Assembly (NCBI GenBank): GCA_001804125.1
Contig: MHFI01000064.1
Span: forward strand, 13,020 to 57,913
Reading direction: 5' to 3'
From: Omnitrophica bacterium RIFCSPHIGHO2_02_FULL_51_18
Lineage (GTDB): Bacteria; Omnitrophota; Gorgyraeia; 2-02-FULL-51-18
Length of the DNA: 44,894 nt
The stretch's first letter is position 1. Each line of letters starts with the position of its first letter. Both the position numbers and the translations under genes were made by a program. Positions 26,931 through 36,419 of the stretch are shown piece after piece. Below the pieces are notes generated by a model that did no database searches, was not told where the DNA came from, and saw only the letters and a program-made list of their open reading frames with translations.

Positions 26931-28340
26931 ATTCCCGGTTTTTTAAGCCATCGCATCCGACAGCTCCCGAACAGTCCGGGCGTCTATCTTTTTAAGGACA
27001 GGGACTCCAAACCCGTCTACATCGGCAAGGCGCTTTCCATCCGCAAAAGGGTGCTGTCGCATTTCAGATGTTTTGGGGAGCATTTTTCAAAAGAAGGGAA
27101 AATGCTCTTCGAAGTGCGGCGAATCGATTTTATTGAAACACCCACCGAAGCAGATGCGCTGCTTCTCGAAGCAAGCCTCGTCAAGGAAAACCAGCCTAAA
27201 TTCAACCAGGAATTGAAGGACGATAAAAGCTACCCGTATCTCAAGATCACGAGCGAAGCATTCCCGCGGCTCCTGGTGGTGCGGGGGCGAAAGGCGGACG
27301 GGGGGAAATACTTTGGCCCTTATACGAGCGGCAGGCTTCTGAATCAGGCCGTGAGGATGCTGAGGCGCCTTTTTCCGATGCGCACCTGCCATCCGATCCC
27401 GGACAAAGTGTGTCTCATGTACCACATTGGCCAGTGCAAGGGGCCCTGCGTGGGTGAAATTGACAAGGAAAAATACGGTGAAATTGTCAAAGAGCTCGGG
27501 CTTTTTCTCGAAGGGCATCGCGCGGCGCTGGTGCGCGGGCTCACCCGGCGCATGAAGGAGTATTCGGCCGGACGGCAGTATGAAAAGGCCAAAAGTGTTT
27601 ACGAGCAGATCCGCGCGCTTTCTTCACTGCCGCAGGCGGATGTTTTGAAAAAACGGACAAGTCAGGTGCTTGCGGCCCTGAAAGACGCGTTTTCACTGCC
27701 GAAGGAGCCCGAACGGATGGAGGGGTTTGACATTTCGAATATTACCGGACGCGAGCCGGTGGGATCGATGGTCGTGTTTCTGAACGGCAGACCCGCGCGT
27801 TCCGAGTACCGCCGTTTTAGGATTAAAACCGTGAAGGGTATCAACGACTACGACATGATGCGGGAGGTCATACGCCGCCGCTTTACGCGCTTTCTGGAGG
27901 AGAAGCAGGTGCCGCCGGATTTAGTGGTGATTGATGGGGGGAAAGGGCATCTGTCGGCTGCGGGGGATGAACTGAGGAAGCTCGGGCTTGGGAAGATCCC
28001 GATGATCTCGATCGCGAAACAACATGAGCATCTTTTCGAGCTCGGCCGTGAGGCCGCGCGCATTTATCCGCAGAATTCGCCGCTTTTGCAGATGATTCAA
28101 CATCTGCGGGACGAGGCGCACCGCTTTGCGATCACGCTTCACAGGCGGCTTCACCGCAAAGAGGCGCTGGTGTCGCGATTGGACGAGATTCCGGGCGTAG
28201 GGCCGAAGACCAAGGAGAGGCTCCTCAAAAAATTCGGCACTATTTCCGCGATCCGGAACGCTTCCGAAGCGAAGATTATTGAAAAATGTTCAGTGACCGC
28301 CAAAGCGGCGAAGAAGATCCTGGAGACGTTGAGCGTGTAA
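26907..28340 (+). CDS. uvrC: Excinuclease ABC subunit C (compact form)
   Basis: GIY-YIG (PGVYLF..YIGKA), DDKSYPY, Cys cluster, UVR, FDISN, IDGGKG, RDEAHRFA, HhH IPGVG. Confidence 0.95.
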   Translation: MSFRKGGVIPGFLSHRIRQLPNSPGVYLFKDRDSKPVYIGKALSIRKRVLSHFRCFGEHFSKEGKMLFEVRRIDFIETPTEADALLLEASLVKENQPKFNQELKDDKSYPYLKITSEAFPRLLVVRGRKADGGKYFGPYTSGRLLNQAVRMLRRLFPMRTCHPIPDKVCLMYHIGQCKGPCVGEIDKEKYGEIVKELGLFLEGHRAALVRGLTRRMKEYSAGRQYEKAKSVYEQIRALSSLPQADVLKKRTSQVLAALKDAFSLPKEPERMEGFDISNITGREPVGSMVVFLNGRPARSEYRRFRIKTVKGINDYDMMREVIRRRFTRFLEEKQVPPDLVVIDGGKGHLSAAGDELRKLGLGKIPMISIAKQHEHLFELGREAARIYPQNSPLLQMIQHLRDEAHRFAITLHRRLHRKEALVSRLDEIPGVGPKTKERLLKKFGTISAIRNASEAKIIEKCSVTAKAAKKILETLSV

Positions 28341-28433
28341 GGCGGGTTATTTCTTTTTGGGTTTCTGCATGGTGTAGGCGGTGCTCTTTCGTAGACTTCG
28401 GAAATTGATATTTCGGAGCCCGTCCGGCAGAGT

Positions 28434-28958
28434 TTGGCCGGAGCGTTGTCGTGGATGCGCACGTTTGGGGACTGTATTAAGATCGTTCCCGCAGAAAATT
28501 ATCATCTGACGTTGAAATTTTTGGGAGCGATCGGTGTGGAGCGGATCTCCGGCATTCAGACTGCTCTCGAGGCGGCAGCCCAAAATGTTTCCGCCTGCGA
28601 TCTGCGCTTGGACGGTTGGGGTGTGTTTCCTCCAAGAGGCGCTCCGAAAGTGTTTTGGATCGGGGTTGAACCCCGAGAGGTGCTTGTGCCGATCTTTGAG
28701 CGATGCGAAGCGGCGCTTGAAAACTTGGGTTTTGCGCGCGAAACTAGAGATTTTCAGAGCCATGTAACTCTGGTGCGAACGGATAAAGCAAAGGCTCCCG
28801 CCGATCTTCTTGAACGATGGAAAAAGCTTAGCTCGTTATCGGGGCCCGTCGCTTTTTGCGCGGATAAGATCACGCTCTATGAAAGTATCCTGGGCGGCAA
28901 AGCATCTGTTTATCGCCCGCTGGGACATTTTAAGTTTTGTACATACTACAGTAAGTGA
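28434..28958 (+). CDS. thpR: RNA 2',3'-cyclic phosphodiesterase (2H family); 5' end uncertain
   Basis: Two HxT motifs (YHLTLKFLG, HVTLVR), GVFP..PKVFWIG, LYESIL. Confidence 0.85.
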   Translation: MAGALSWMRTFGDCIKIVPAENYHLTLKFLGAIGVERISGIQTALEAAAQNVSACDLRLDGWGVFPPRGAPKVFWIGVEPREVLVPIFERCEAALENLGFARETRDFQSHVTLVRTDKAKAPADLLERWKKLSSLSGPVAFCADKITLYESILGGKASVYRPLGHFKFCTYYSK

Positions 28959-29004
28959 ACTGTCCCAGTTTTCCCCAGTTTTCCAGTTCTACGAAGGATA
29001 AGGG

Positions 29005-29670
29005 ATGCGATACGTAACCTCTGAAACGATGCGTTGTTTGGATGAGCGGGCGATCAAAAAATACGGCATTCCCTCGATACTCTTAATGGAAAACGCAGGT
29101 TCAGCCTGCGCGCGCGAAGCGCGGAAATTTCAACTGAGAAATGTTCTTGTTCTTTCAGGAAAAGGAAACAACGGCGGCGACGGTTTTGTCGCGGCCAGGC
29201 ACCTGCACAGCCAAGGCATTTCTGTCTCCGTCTTCTTCTTTCAGCATCCGAACAAGATGAAAGCCGATCCTCGAGTGAATTTTAAGATTCTGAAGAATAT
29301 AGGCCTAAGACCCGTGGACTGCTCGCGGAGCGTGAACTGGGATCTTTTGCGGACGCAATTACGCCGTTCGGACCTTGTCATCGACGCGCTGTTTGGGACG
29401 GGGTTATCCAAGCCTGTAGACGGCCCGATCAGCGAAGTGATCGAGCTTGTCAACGCTTCAAAAAAACGCGTCTTAAGCGTAGATATTCCTTCAGGTCTCA
29501 ATGCGGACACAGGCGAAGTAATGGGTGCCGCTATAAAGGCCGGCGTAACTGTCACGCTGGGTTTGCCAAAAAAGGGGTTTTTAGCCGAATGCGCGAAGCC
29601 GTATCTGGGCAGGGTGGTTGTGGCGGATATTTCTCATCCTTGCCTCTCCGCCCGGACAGCGCTACACTAA
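29005..29670 (+). CDS. nnrE: Stand-alone NAD(P)H-hydrate epimerase (YjeF_N)
   Basis: LMENAG, GKGNNGGDGFVAAR, IDALFGTGL, VDIPSGL. Confidence 0.93.
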   Translation: MRYVTSETMRCLDERAIKKYGIPSILLMENAGSACAREARKFQLRNVLVLSGKGNNGGDGFVAARHLHSQGISVSVFFFQHPNKMKADPRVNFKILKNIGLRPVDCSRSVNWDLLRTQLRRSDLVIDALFGTGLSKPVDGPISEVIELVNASKKRVLSVDIPSGLNADTGEVMGAAIKAGVTVTLGLPKKGFLAECAKPYLGRVVVADISHPCLSARTALH

Positions 29671-29723
29671 TCCGGGTCTTTGTAAGAGGAGAAGACGAGC
29701 AAAGAGTGTATCAAAACTAACCC

Positions 29724-30116
29724 ATGGAGATGAAAATGAAGAAATCGCTTATTTTAGGATGGATAGTCGCTGTTGGCGCGGTATTTACGTTTGTTGGCGG
29801 CGCGATTGCCGAGGAAATGTATCCGGACCAGTATGTTGCGGGGCCAACCATTTACTCAAAGAAGTTTGAAAACGAACGCACTCGTGTGTCGGAGATCAAG
29901 TTTAATCCCGGTGAACAGATCGCGATGCACACTCATGCCTATGATCACTTCGTGTATATTTTAGACGCGGGGCAGTTGACGTTAAGCACTCCGGACGGCA
30001 AAACAAACGTTGTAGACGGAACGGTCGGCCAGATTATGTGGATCCCTAAAGAAACCCACGCGGCTCAGAATACCGGCACGAGCGTGTTCCGCGCGCTTGT
30101 CGTGGAGTTTAAGTAA
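29724..30116 (+). CDS. Exported cupin-domain protein
   Basis: Signal peptide (..GAIA/EE), FENERTRV, MHTH and THAAQN cupin motifs, VVEFK end. Start may be 29730/29736. Confidence 0.85.
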   Translation: MEMKMKKSLILGWIVAVGAVFTFVGGAIAEEMYPDQYVAGPTIYSKKFENERTRVSEIKFNPGEQIAMHTHAYDHFVYILDAGQLTLSTPDGKTNVVDGTVGQIMWIPKETHAAQNTGTSVFRALVVEFK

Positions 30117-30140
30117 AAAAACTCGGAGGTAAATAATGCC

Positions 30141-30374
30141 ATGAACCAAAATCGTATGGAACCTCAAGAGCCTCAAAATTGCTGGGAGTTTATGAATTGT
30201 CTTCATGCGGTAAAACATATGTGTCCCGCCTATGAACATAATATGGGCAGAGACTGTTGGATGGTTGCAATTAGCTATGCAGATAAAGGGTGTCCGCAAA
30301 CCAAAGATGAAGGCCTGGACTATTGTACGAACAAATGCCTTTGGTATAAAAAGTTAAATCCTCAAACGGCTTGA
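30141..30374 (+). CDS. Small Cys-rich CW-motif protein
   Basis: SD GGAGG; NCWEFMNC..CPAY..GRDCW..C..C..CLWY pattern. Confidence 0.75.
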   Translation: MNQNRMEPQEPQNCWEFMNCLHAVKHMCPAYEHNMGRDCWMVAISYADKGCPQTKDEGLDYCTNKCLWYKKLNPQTA

Positions 30375-30435
30375 TGTAAACTTAGACCGAGTGTCCATTA
30401 AATCGGGGGAAGTCCACATCCGACGGGGAGAGGTT

Positions 30436-30894
30436 ATGAAAAAACGGTTGAAGTCCAAAAATAAGGCAGGCGCTGCCCCGAAGGTCGATCCCTATTTAGA
30501 AGGGTTGATGGCTAAATTACTCGAGCGTCTCGTCGGTGTAGAAAAGAAGCTGGATACGGTGATCGCCCAGACCGCGGGGGAGCCGTTCCGGAGCCCCGAA
30601 GCCAAACAGCCTCCGCGCAAAGACAGGACTTTGTACGAAGCGATATGCGCGGATTGTCATAAAGTGTGTGAGGTTCCTTTCCGGCCGTCCGAAGACCGTC
30701 CGGTCTATTGCAAACAATGCTTCGCGAAACGCAAATCCGGCGGCTCGGGCATGCCGGTGCTGACTCCGGTGGTTTTGCCCCCGAAGCCCATCAGCAAGCT
30801 CGGGTCTGCCTACCTACCGCCTCCGCCGCCTCAAGCCCCGGCCAAAAAAACAAAGAAGTCTCAAGCCTCAAAAAAGGCGAAGAAGAAAAAATAA
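30436..30894 (+). CDS. CxxC-x17-CxxC domain protein with Pro/Lys-rich tail
   Basis: LYEAICADCHKVCEVPFRPSEDRPVYCKQCF; SD GGAGAGG before ATG 30436. Confidence 0.85.
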   Translation: MKKRLKSKNKAGAAPKVDPYLEGLMAKLLERLVGVEKKLDTVIAQTAGEPFRSPEAKQPPRKDRTLYEAICADCHKVCEVPFRPSEDRPVYCKQCFAKRKSGGSGMPVLTPVVLPPKPISKLGSAYLPPPPPQAPAKKTKKSQASKKAKKKK

Positions 30895-30921
30895 TTCGAG
30901 ACAGCCCGGCGCCTTAGGGTA

Positions 30922-30978
30922 GAGATTGCTTCGTCGTCGCCCGCCAAGAAACATGGCGGGCTCCTCCTCGCAATGACA
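30922..30978. repeat. REP-like half element (GAGATTGCTTCG...CTCGCAATGACA) with internal hairpin
   Basis: Same layout as right half of the lysS element; inner GCCCGCCA/TGGCGGGC stem. Confidence 0.65.
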
Positions 30979-30995
30979 ATGTTGGCGAAATATAT

Positions 30996-31024
30996 GTGCC
31001 AAATCCCTCCATTAATGCTAAAAT
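30996..31024 (+). promoter_or_regulatory. Putative extended -10 promoter for prfB-secA
   Basis: GTGCCA-17 bp-TAAAAT with TGn directly before the -10. Confidence 0.5.
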
Positions 31025-31058
31025 CTCCCCTTAGTTTTAGAAAACAAAAGGCAGAATA

Positions 31059-32157
31059 ATGAAAAAAGACTTAGCTGAGAAGTTACAGGGCGCCAACGAG
31101 AAATTACTCGCTCTGGGGAGGTTTCTTTGATTACGAGAAACTGGAAGCGCGCATCAAGGTTTTAGAGAACGAGACGACGGCCCCCGATTTTTGGTCCAAC
31201 CCCGACAAGAAAAATTCCGTGATGCAGGAACTGAAGAGTCTGAGAGGTCAAACGGGTGTCTACAAGGAGCTCGCGGCGGCGCAGAAGGACCTTGAAGGGT
31301 TCCTCGCGATCGTGAGCGACAACGACGAGGAGTCGCTGAAGCATCTAGAGGAAGAATTTGAAAAGCATTCGAAGAAACTGGACGAGCTCGAGTTCCAGAA
31401 GCTCTTAAGCGGCCCGAGTGACCGCAACAGTGCGATATTGAATATAAACGCCGGCGCGGGCGGCACGGAAGCGTGCGATTGGGTTTCGATGCTTTTAAGG
31501 ATGTATTCGCGCTGGGCTGAAGACCAAAAGCACAAAGTGAGTGTGATTGATGTGCTTGCCGGCGAAGAAGCAGGCATAAAGAACGTCACGATTCTGATTG
31601 AAGGCGAGTTTGCTTACGGATACCTCAAGTCCGAAAACGGCGTGCATCGCCTGGTGAGGATCTCTCCGTTTGATTCGAATAAGAGGCGCCACACCTCGTT
31701 TGCGTCGGTGGATGTGATTCCCGAAGTGGAAGATGACATCAAGATCGATGTGAAGGAGTCGGACCTGCGCGTGGACGTGTTTCGCTCCGGAGGCAAGGGC
31801 GGGCAGGGCGTCAACACGACGGACTCGGCTGTTCGCATCACGCACACTCCCTCGGGGATCGTGGTCCAGTGCCAAAATGAACGCTCCCAGCTTAAGAACA
31901 AAGCGACGGCGCTTAAAGTTTTGAAAAGCCGTCTGTATAAAATGGAAATGGGCAGAAGAAAAGATGAACAGCAGAAAAGCTACAGCGCCAAACAGGAAAT
32001 CGCGTTCGGCAGCCAGATCCGCTCGTACGTCCTGCATCCCTACAATCTTGTGAAGGACAACCGCACGGATTATGAAACTTCCAACGCCACGGCGGTCTTG
32101 GAGGGTAAAATTAATGGATTTTTGGAAGCTTATTTAAGAAAAAGGGAAAAAGAATAG
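31059..32157 (+). CDS. prfB: Peptide chain release factor 2 with programmed +1 frameshift
   Basis: ORF1 ATG 31059 to CTT TGA (31125-31130); +1 frame continues into the ORF with [13 protein letters not shown] and GGQ motifs. Confidence 0.96.
31116..31131 (+). promoter_or_regulatory. prfB +1 frameshift cassette
   Basis: Internal SD GGGAGG, 3-nt spacer, CTT TGA T. Confidence 0.92.
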
Positions 32158-32167
32158 CAGAACTTTT

Positions 32168-34750
32168 ATGATTAATTGGGCCTTAACCAAAATTTTTGGC
32201 ACGCAAAACGACCGCATGCTCAAGCGCTATACGCCGTTTGTCCAAAAAATCAATTCATTCGAAGCGCAAATTTCCTCGTTATCCGATGACCTGCTCAAGG
32301 TCAAAACTCAGGAATTCCGTGACCGCCTGAATAAAGGCCAGACGCTGAAGGACATTTTGCCGGAGGCATTTGCGGTGGTCCGCGAAACCTCGAAGCGTCT
32401 TCTCAACATGCGCCATTTCGACGTGCAGCTCGTCGGCGGCATGGTGCTGAACGACGGAAAGATTGCCGAAATGGCCACCGGCGAAGGAAAAACGCTCGTC
32501 GCGACACTGCCTGTTTATTTGAACGGCTTGACCGGCAAGGGCGTTCATGTGGTCACCGTGAACGATTATCTGGCCAAGAGAGACAGGGAGTGGATGGGGC
32601 CGATCTATGAATTTCTGGGGCTCTCCGTGGGTGTGATTCAACATGGCATCGCGCCCCAGGACCGCCAGAAAGCCTACGGCAGTGACGTGGTTTACGGCAC
32701 GAACAATGAATTTGGATTTGATTTCCTACGCGACAACATGGTGCGGCACGTGGGGTACCGCGTGCAGCGGGAGCTTTGTTATGCGATCGTGGATGAAGTC
32801 GACAGCATCCTGATCGACGAGGCCAGGACGCCGCTTATCATTTCAGGGCCCAGCGAAGAGTCGACGGACAAGTATGAAAAGATAAACCACATCATCCCGC
32901 GCATGAATAAAGAGGAAGACTATCAGATCGAGGAAAAAACACGTACGGTGGCGCTCACCGAAAAAGGCGTGAAAAAAGCCGAAGAGGCGCTCGGCGTCGA
33001 GAACCTCTACGACCCTCACCACGTGGAGCTCGTGCATCACGTGAATCAGGCGCTTCGCGCGCATACGCTTTTTAAAAAAGACGTGGATTATGTCGTGAAG
33101 GACGCCGAAGTGCTGATTGTCGATGAGTTCACGGGCCGCCTCATGCCCGGCCGCCGTTACAGCGACGGGCTCCACCAGGCGCTTGAAGCCAAGGAAGGCG
33201 TGAAGGTCGAGGAAGAAAATCAGACGCTCGCGACGGTCACGTTCCAGAATTATTTCCGCATGTACGCGAAACTGGCCGGCATGACAGGCACCGCGGCGAC
33301 GGAAGCCCAGGAGTTCCACACCATTTATAAACTGGATGTTGTCACGGTTCCCACGAATCGGCCGATGAACCGCAAGAATCACGCCGACCAGATCTATCGC
33401 ACCGAAAAAGAAAAATTTACGGCGGTCGTGAATGAAATCGTGGAGTGTCATAAGAAAGGACAACCGGTGCTCGTGGGCACGGTTTCAATCGAGAAATCCG
33501 AGCATTTAAGCTCGATGCTCCGCCGAGCCAATGTGCTCCATAACGTCCTGAACGCCAAATTCCATGAAATGGAAGCCGAAATCATCAAGCAAGCCGGCCA
33601 GCCTAATACAGTCACGATCGCGACCAACATGGCCGGCCGGGGCACGGACATCGTGCTGGGGCAGGGCGTGAGGGACGTGGGCGGACTTCATGTGGTCGGC
33701 ACCGAGCGCCATGAGGCACGGCGCATTGACAATCAGCTGCGCGGCCGCTCGGGCCGCCAGGGCGATCCGGGTTCTTCGCGTTTTTATCTTTCGCTGGAGG
33801 ACGACCTCATGCGTATTTTCGGGTCCGATAAAATTTCCGGCCTCATGCAGCGCCTCGGCATGGAGGAAGGCCAGCCGATCGAGCATCCTTTTATCACGCG
33901 TGCGATTGAAACGGCGCAGAAGCGCGTCGAAGGCCGCAATTTCGAAATCCGTAAACAGCTTTTGGAATATGACAACGTGATGAACAAGCAGCGCGAGGTG
34001 ATTTATTCAGAAAGGAAGAAAGTGCTTGAGGGCGAAAACCTCCGCGAGCATTATCTGGGCATGATCGAGGAGGTCACGGACTCCGTGGCTGCCGGCTGCG
34101 ATTTCAACGAGGACGACGCGTTTAAGGGCCTTTCGGAAGTCGTAAAAAACCTATTTCCAGTTTCTCTCGAAGGGCTTGAGGGGGAAACCGGCGATCGCCT
34201 GACGGACGCATTGATTGAGCGGGCAAAGGCGGCCTACGAAAACAAAGAAAAGGAGATCGGCGCGGATTTCATGCGGAGTCTCGAGCGCATGATTCTTATG
34301 GACGTCGTCGATTCCAAATGGAAAGAGCACCTGCGAAACATGGATAATCTAAGGGAGGGCATCGGCCTGCGCGCCTACGGCCAGAAAGACCCGCTCGTGG
34401 AGTACAAGCGCGAGGCGTTCGAGGCCTTTCAGGCAATGATCGGCATCATCAAAGAAGATTCACTGGGGTTCATCTTCAGAGTCCAGCCGGTGCCGGGCGA
34501 TAAGCTCCGCGAGCTTCCGCTCAGAAAAGCGGCGCCGATGCAGTTTTTACATCCCGAGGCGGGCTCCGCGCTAAAGCAAATGCCGCAGGCGCCCGTAACG
34601 CCTTCCGAACTTATGGAGACTGAGGAAGAAGCCGTTCCTGGCAACGGCGCAAAGCGCGCACCAATAATTCATCACGAGGCGAAGGTAGGCCGCAACGACC
34701 CGTGTCCCTGCGGCAGTGGTAAAAAATATAAGAAGTGTCATGGGCAATAA
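32168..34750 (+). CDS. secA: Preprotein translocase ATPase SecA
   Basis: [66 protein letters not shown]. Confidence 0.98.
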   Translation: MINWALTKIFGTQNDRMLKRYTPFVQKINSFEAQISSLSDDLLKVKTQEFRDRLNKGQTLKDILPEAFAVVRETSKRLLNMRHFDVQLVGGMVLNDGKIAEMATGEGKTLVATLPVYLNGLTGKGVHVVTVNDYLAKRDREWMGPIYEFLGLSVGVIQHGIAPQDRQKAYGSDVVYGTNNEFGFDFLRDNMVRHVGYRVQRELCYAIVDEVDSILIDEARTPLIISGPSEESTDKYEKINHIIPRMNKEEDYQIEEKTRTVALTEKGVKKAEEALGVENLYDPHHVELVHHVNQALRAHTLFKKDVDYVVKDAEVLIVDEFTGRLMPGRRYSDGLHQALEAKEGVKVEEENQTLATVTFQNYFRMYAKLAGMTGTAATEAQEFHTIYKLDVVTVPTNRPMNRKNHADQIYRTEKEKFTAVVNEIVECHKKGQPVLVGTVSIEKSEHLSSMLRRANVLHNVLNAKFHEMEAEIIKQAGQPNTVTIATNMAGRGTDIVLGQGVRDVGGLHVVGTERHEARRIDNQLRGRSGRQGDPGSSRFYLSLEDDLMRIFGSDKISGLMQRLGMEEGQPIEHPFITRAIETAQKRVEGRNFEIRKQLLEYDNVMNKQREVIYSERKKVLEGENLREHYLGMIEEVTDSVAAGCDFNEDDAFKGLSEVVKNLFPVSLEGLEGETGDRLTDALIERAKAAYENKEKEIGADFMRSLERMILMDVVDSKWKEHLRNMDNLREGIGLRAYGQKDPLVEYKREAFEAFQAMIGIIKEDSLGFIFRVQPVPGDKLRELPLRKAAPMQFLHPEAGSALKQMPQAPVTPSELMETEEEAVPGNGAKRAPIIHHEAKVGRNDPCPCGSGKKYKKCHGQ

Positions 34751-34753
34751 GTA

Positions 34754-36331
34754 ATGCCCCACCGTCTTCGTGATTTGCTTCTGGTCATTATTTCCGCGGT
34801 GCTCCTTGTTTTGCCCTATCACTTCGACTGGGCGTGGCCGTTTGCATACGTCGCGTTCATTCCTTATTTTTTTGCGCTGAACCGTAAGTCCTCAGGCGGC
34901 GCGTTCAAGTACTCCTATCTTTTCGGCTTTCTGTTCTTCTGTTTCCTGGGTTATTGGCTTATCCATGTGAACGTGGTCGGATTCATCGCGCTGGCCGCGT
35001 ACCTGGCGCTTTATTTTGCGTTCTTTGGTTTGGTGAGCGTGCGTTTTCTTTATCCCGCCGATGAAACTGAACGGTCAGATACCCGAAAAGCCATCCCGGC
35101 TGTTTTCTTTATCGCGGCGTTTTGGGTGGTCGGAGAATATTTGAGGGGATGGATCGCGAGCGGCCTGCCGTGGGCGCTTTTATCCTACGGCCAGTGGAAG
35201 AACCTCTGGGTCATACAGATCTCAGATATCACCGGCTGCTACGGCGTTTCATTTTTCGTGATGCTCGTAAATCTTCTGATTTATAAGATTTTAAGAATGC
35301 CCAAAACAAGGCTCGCGGCCGTCGCGGCTTTAATCCTTCTGGGCAGTGTTTTGACGGTTTGCGCCTACGGCCTGATCGTCTTAAACATCAGAGATTCATT
35401 TTATAAGAGCGCTTCCGCCGAAAAAAAACAGATCCGTGTTTCTGTGGTGCAGGGCAATATTCCGCAGGACCAGAAGTGGGACCGTAAGATCAAAAATATT
35501 ATTTTTGAAAAATACAAACGGCTCACATTTATGAGCGCGACGGAAAAGCCGGATTTGATCCTCTGGCCAGAAACTTCGTTTCCGGGATATTTTGAGGATG
35601 AGCCCCTCTTGGCCGCGCAGCTTAGGAGCACGATCCGCCAGGCGCACACGGACGTACTGGTCGGCGCGCCGACGCTCGGGGACCTCGAAAGGGGCCTTCA
35701 GTTTTATAACACGGCAATTCTTTTCGGTCCCGACGGGGAGGAGAGAAAGCGCTACCACAAAGTGCACCTGGTGCCTTTCGGAGAATTTGTGCCGTTTGAG
35801 CCGGCGCTCGGCTTCCTCCGGAAATTTTTTGCGATAGGCCATTTCAGCGCGGGCAATGAAAAGACGATTTTTGAGACACAGACGCGCACTCAGAATCCCA
35901 ACCGGAAGTTTAAATTCGCCGCGCTGATCTGTTATGAGGATATTTTTCCGGGTCTGGTAAGGGAATTTTGCCTCGCCGGCGCCGACTTTTTGGTGAATGT
36001 CACCAATGATGCCTGGTTCGGGAAGACCGCGGCTCCTTACCAGCACGCGCAAGGCTCGCTTTTCCGCGCGGTTGAAAACCGGGTGCCGGTGGTCCGTGCG
36101 GCCAACACCGGCCTGTCATGCTTTATTTCGCCGGAAGGACGGATTCTCGCCTCGGTGAAGGACAATGGAAAGGAAATCTTCGTGACAGGCCATCAGGGCT
36201 ATACGCTGACCATCCGCAAAACGCCTTCATTCTACACGCGCTTCGGAGATGTGTTTGTCGCGCTCATGTTCCTCCTTTGTTTCCTGGCCTACCGCCACCG
36301 CTCCAAACACACTGCGTATTCGGAAGTTTAA
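34754..36331 (+). CDS. lnt: Apolipoprotein N-acyltransferase
   Basis: QGNI, WPET, YHKVHLVPFGE, ICYE, TNDAWF, RAANTG. Confidence 0.96.
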   Translation: MPHRLRDLLLVIISAVLLVLPYHFDWAWPFAYVAFIPYFFALNRKSSGGAFKYSYLFGFLFFCFLGYWLIHVNVVGFIALAAYLALYFAFFGLVSVRFLYPADETERSDTRKAIPAVFFIAAFWVVGEYLRGWIASGLPWALLSYGQWKNLWVIQISDITGCYGVSFFVMLVNLLIYKILRMPKTRLAAVAALILLGSVLTVCAYGLIVLNIRDSFYKSASAEKKQIRVSVVQGNIPQDQKWDRKIKNIIFEKYKRLTFMSATEKPDLILWPETSFPGYFEDEPLLAAQLRSTIRQAHTDVLVGAPTLGDLERGLQFYNTAILFGPDGEERKRYHKVHLVPFGEFVPFEPALGFLRKFFAIGHFSAGNEKTIFETQTRTQNPNRKFKFAALICYEDIFPGLVREFCLAGADFLVNVTNDAWFGKTAAPYQHAQGSLFRAVENRVPVVRAANTGLSCFISPEGRILASVKDNGKEIFVTGHQGYTLTIRKTPSFYTRFGDVFVALMFLLCFLAYRHRSKHTAYSEV

Positions 36332-36348
36332 TTCGAGTTTCATATTCT

Positions 36349-36377
36349 TTGACAGCCCTATTCCGAGTGGATATAAT
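36349..36377 (+). promoter_or_regulatory. Perfect-consensus sigma70 promoter upstream of lysS
   Basis: TTGACA (36349-36354)-17 bp-TATAAT (36372-36377). Confidence 0.9.
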
Positions 36378-36419
36378 GAATTTCTAACATTTTTATAAAC
36401 TTGCGAAAATAAATAGGTT

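Noticed and set aside
26907-28340. Short UvrC (477 aa) as a novel nuclease
   Set aside because: Both nuclease domains, UVR and HhH are present; compact UvrC forms are known.
31219-32157. prfB as truncated gene or pseudogene
   Set aside because: Explained by the programmed +1 frameshift; true start is 31059.
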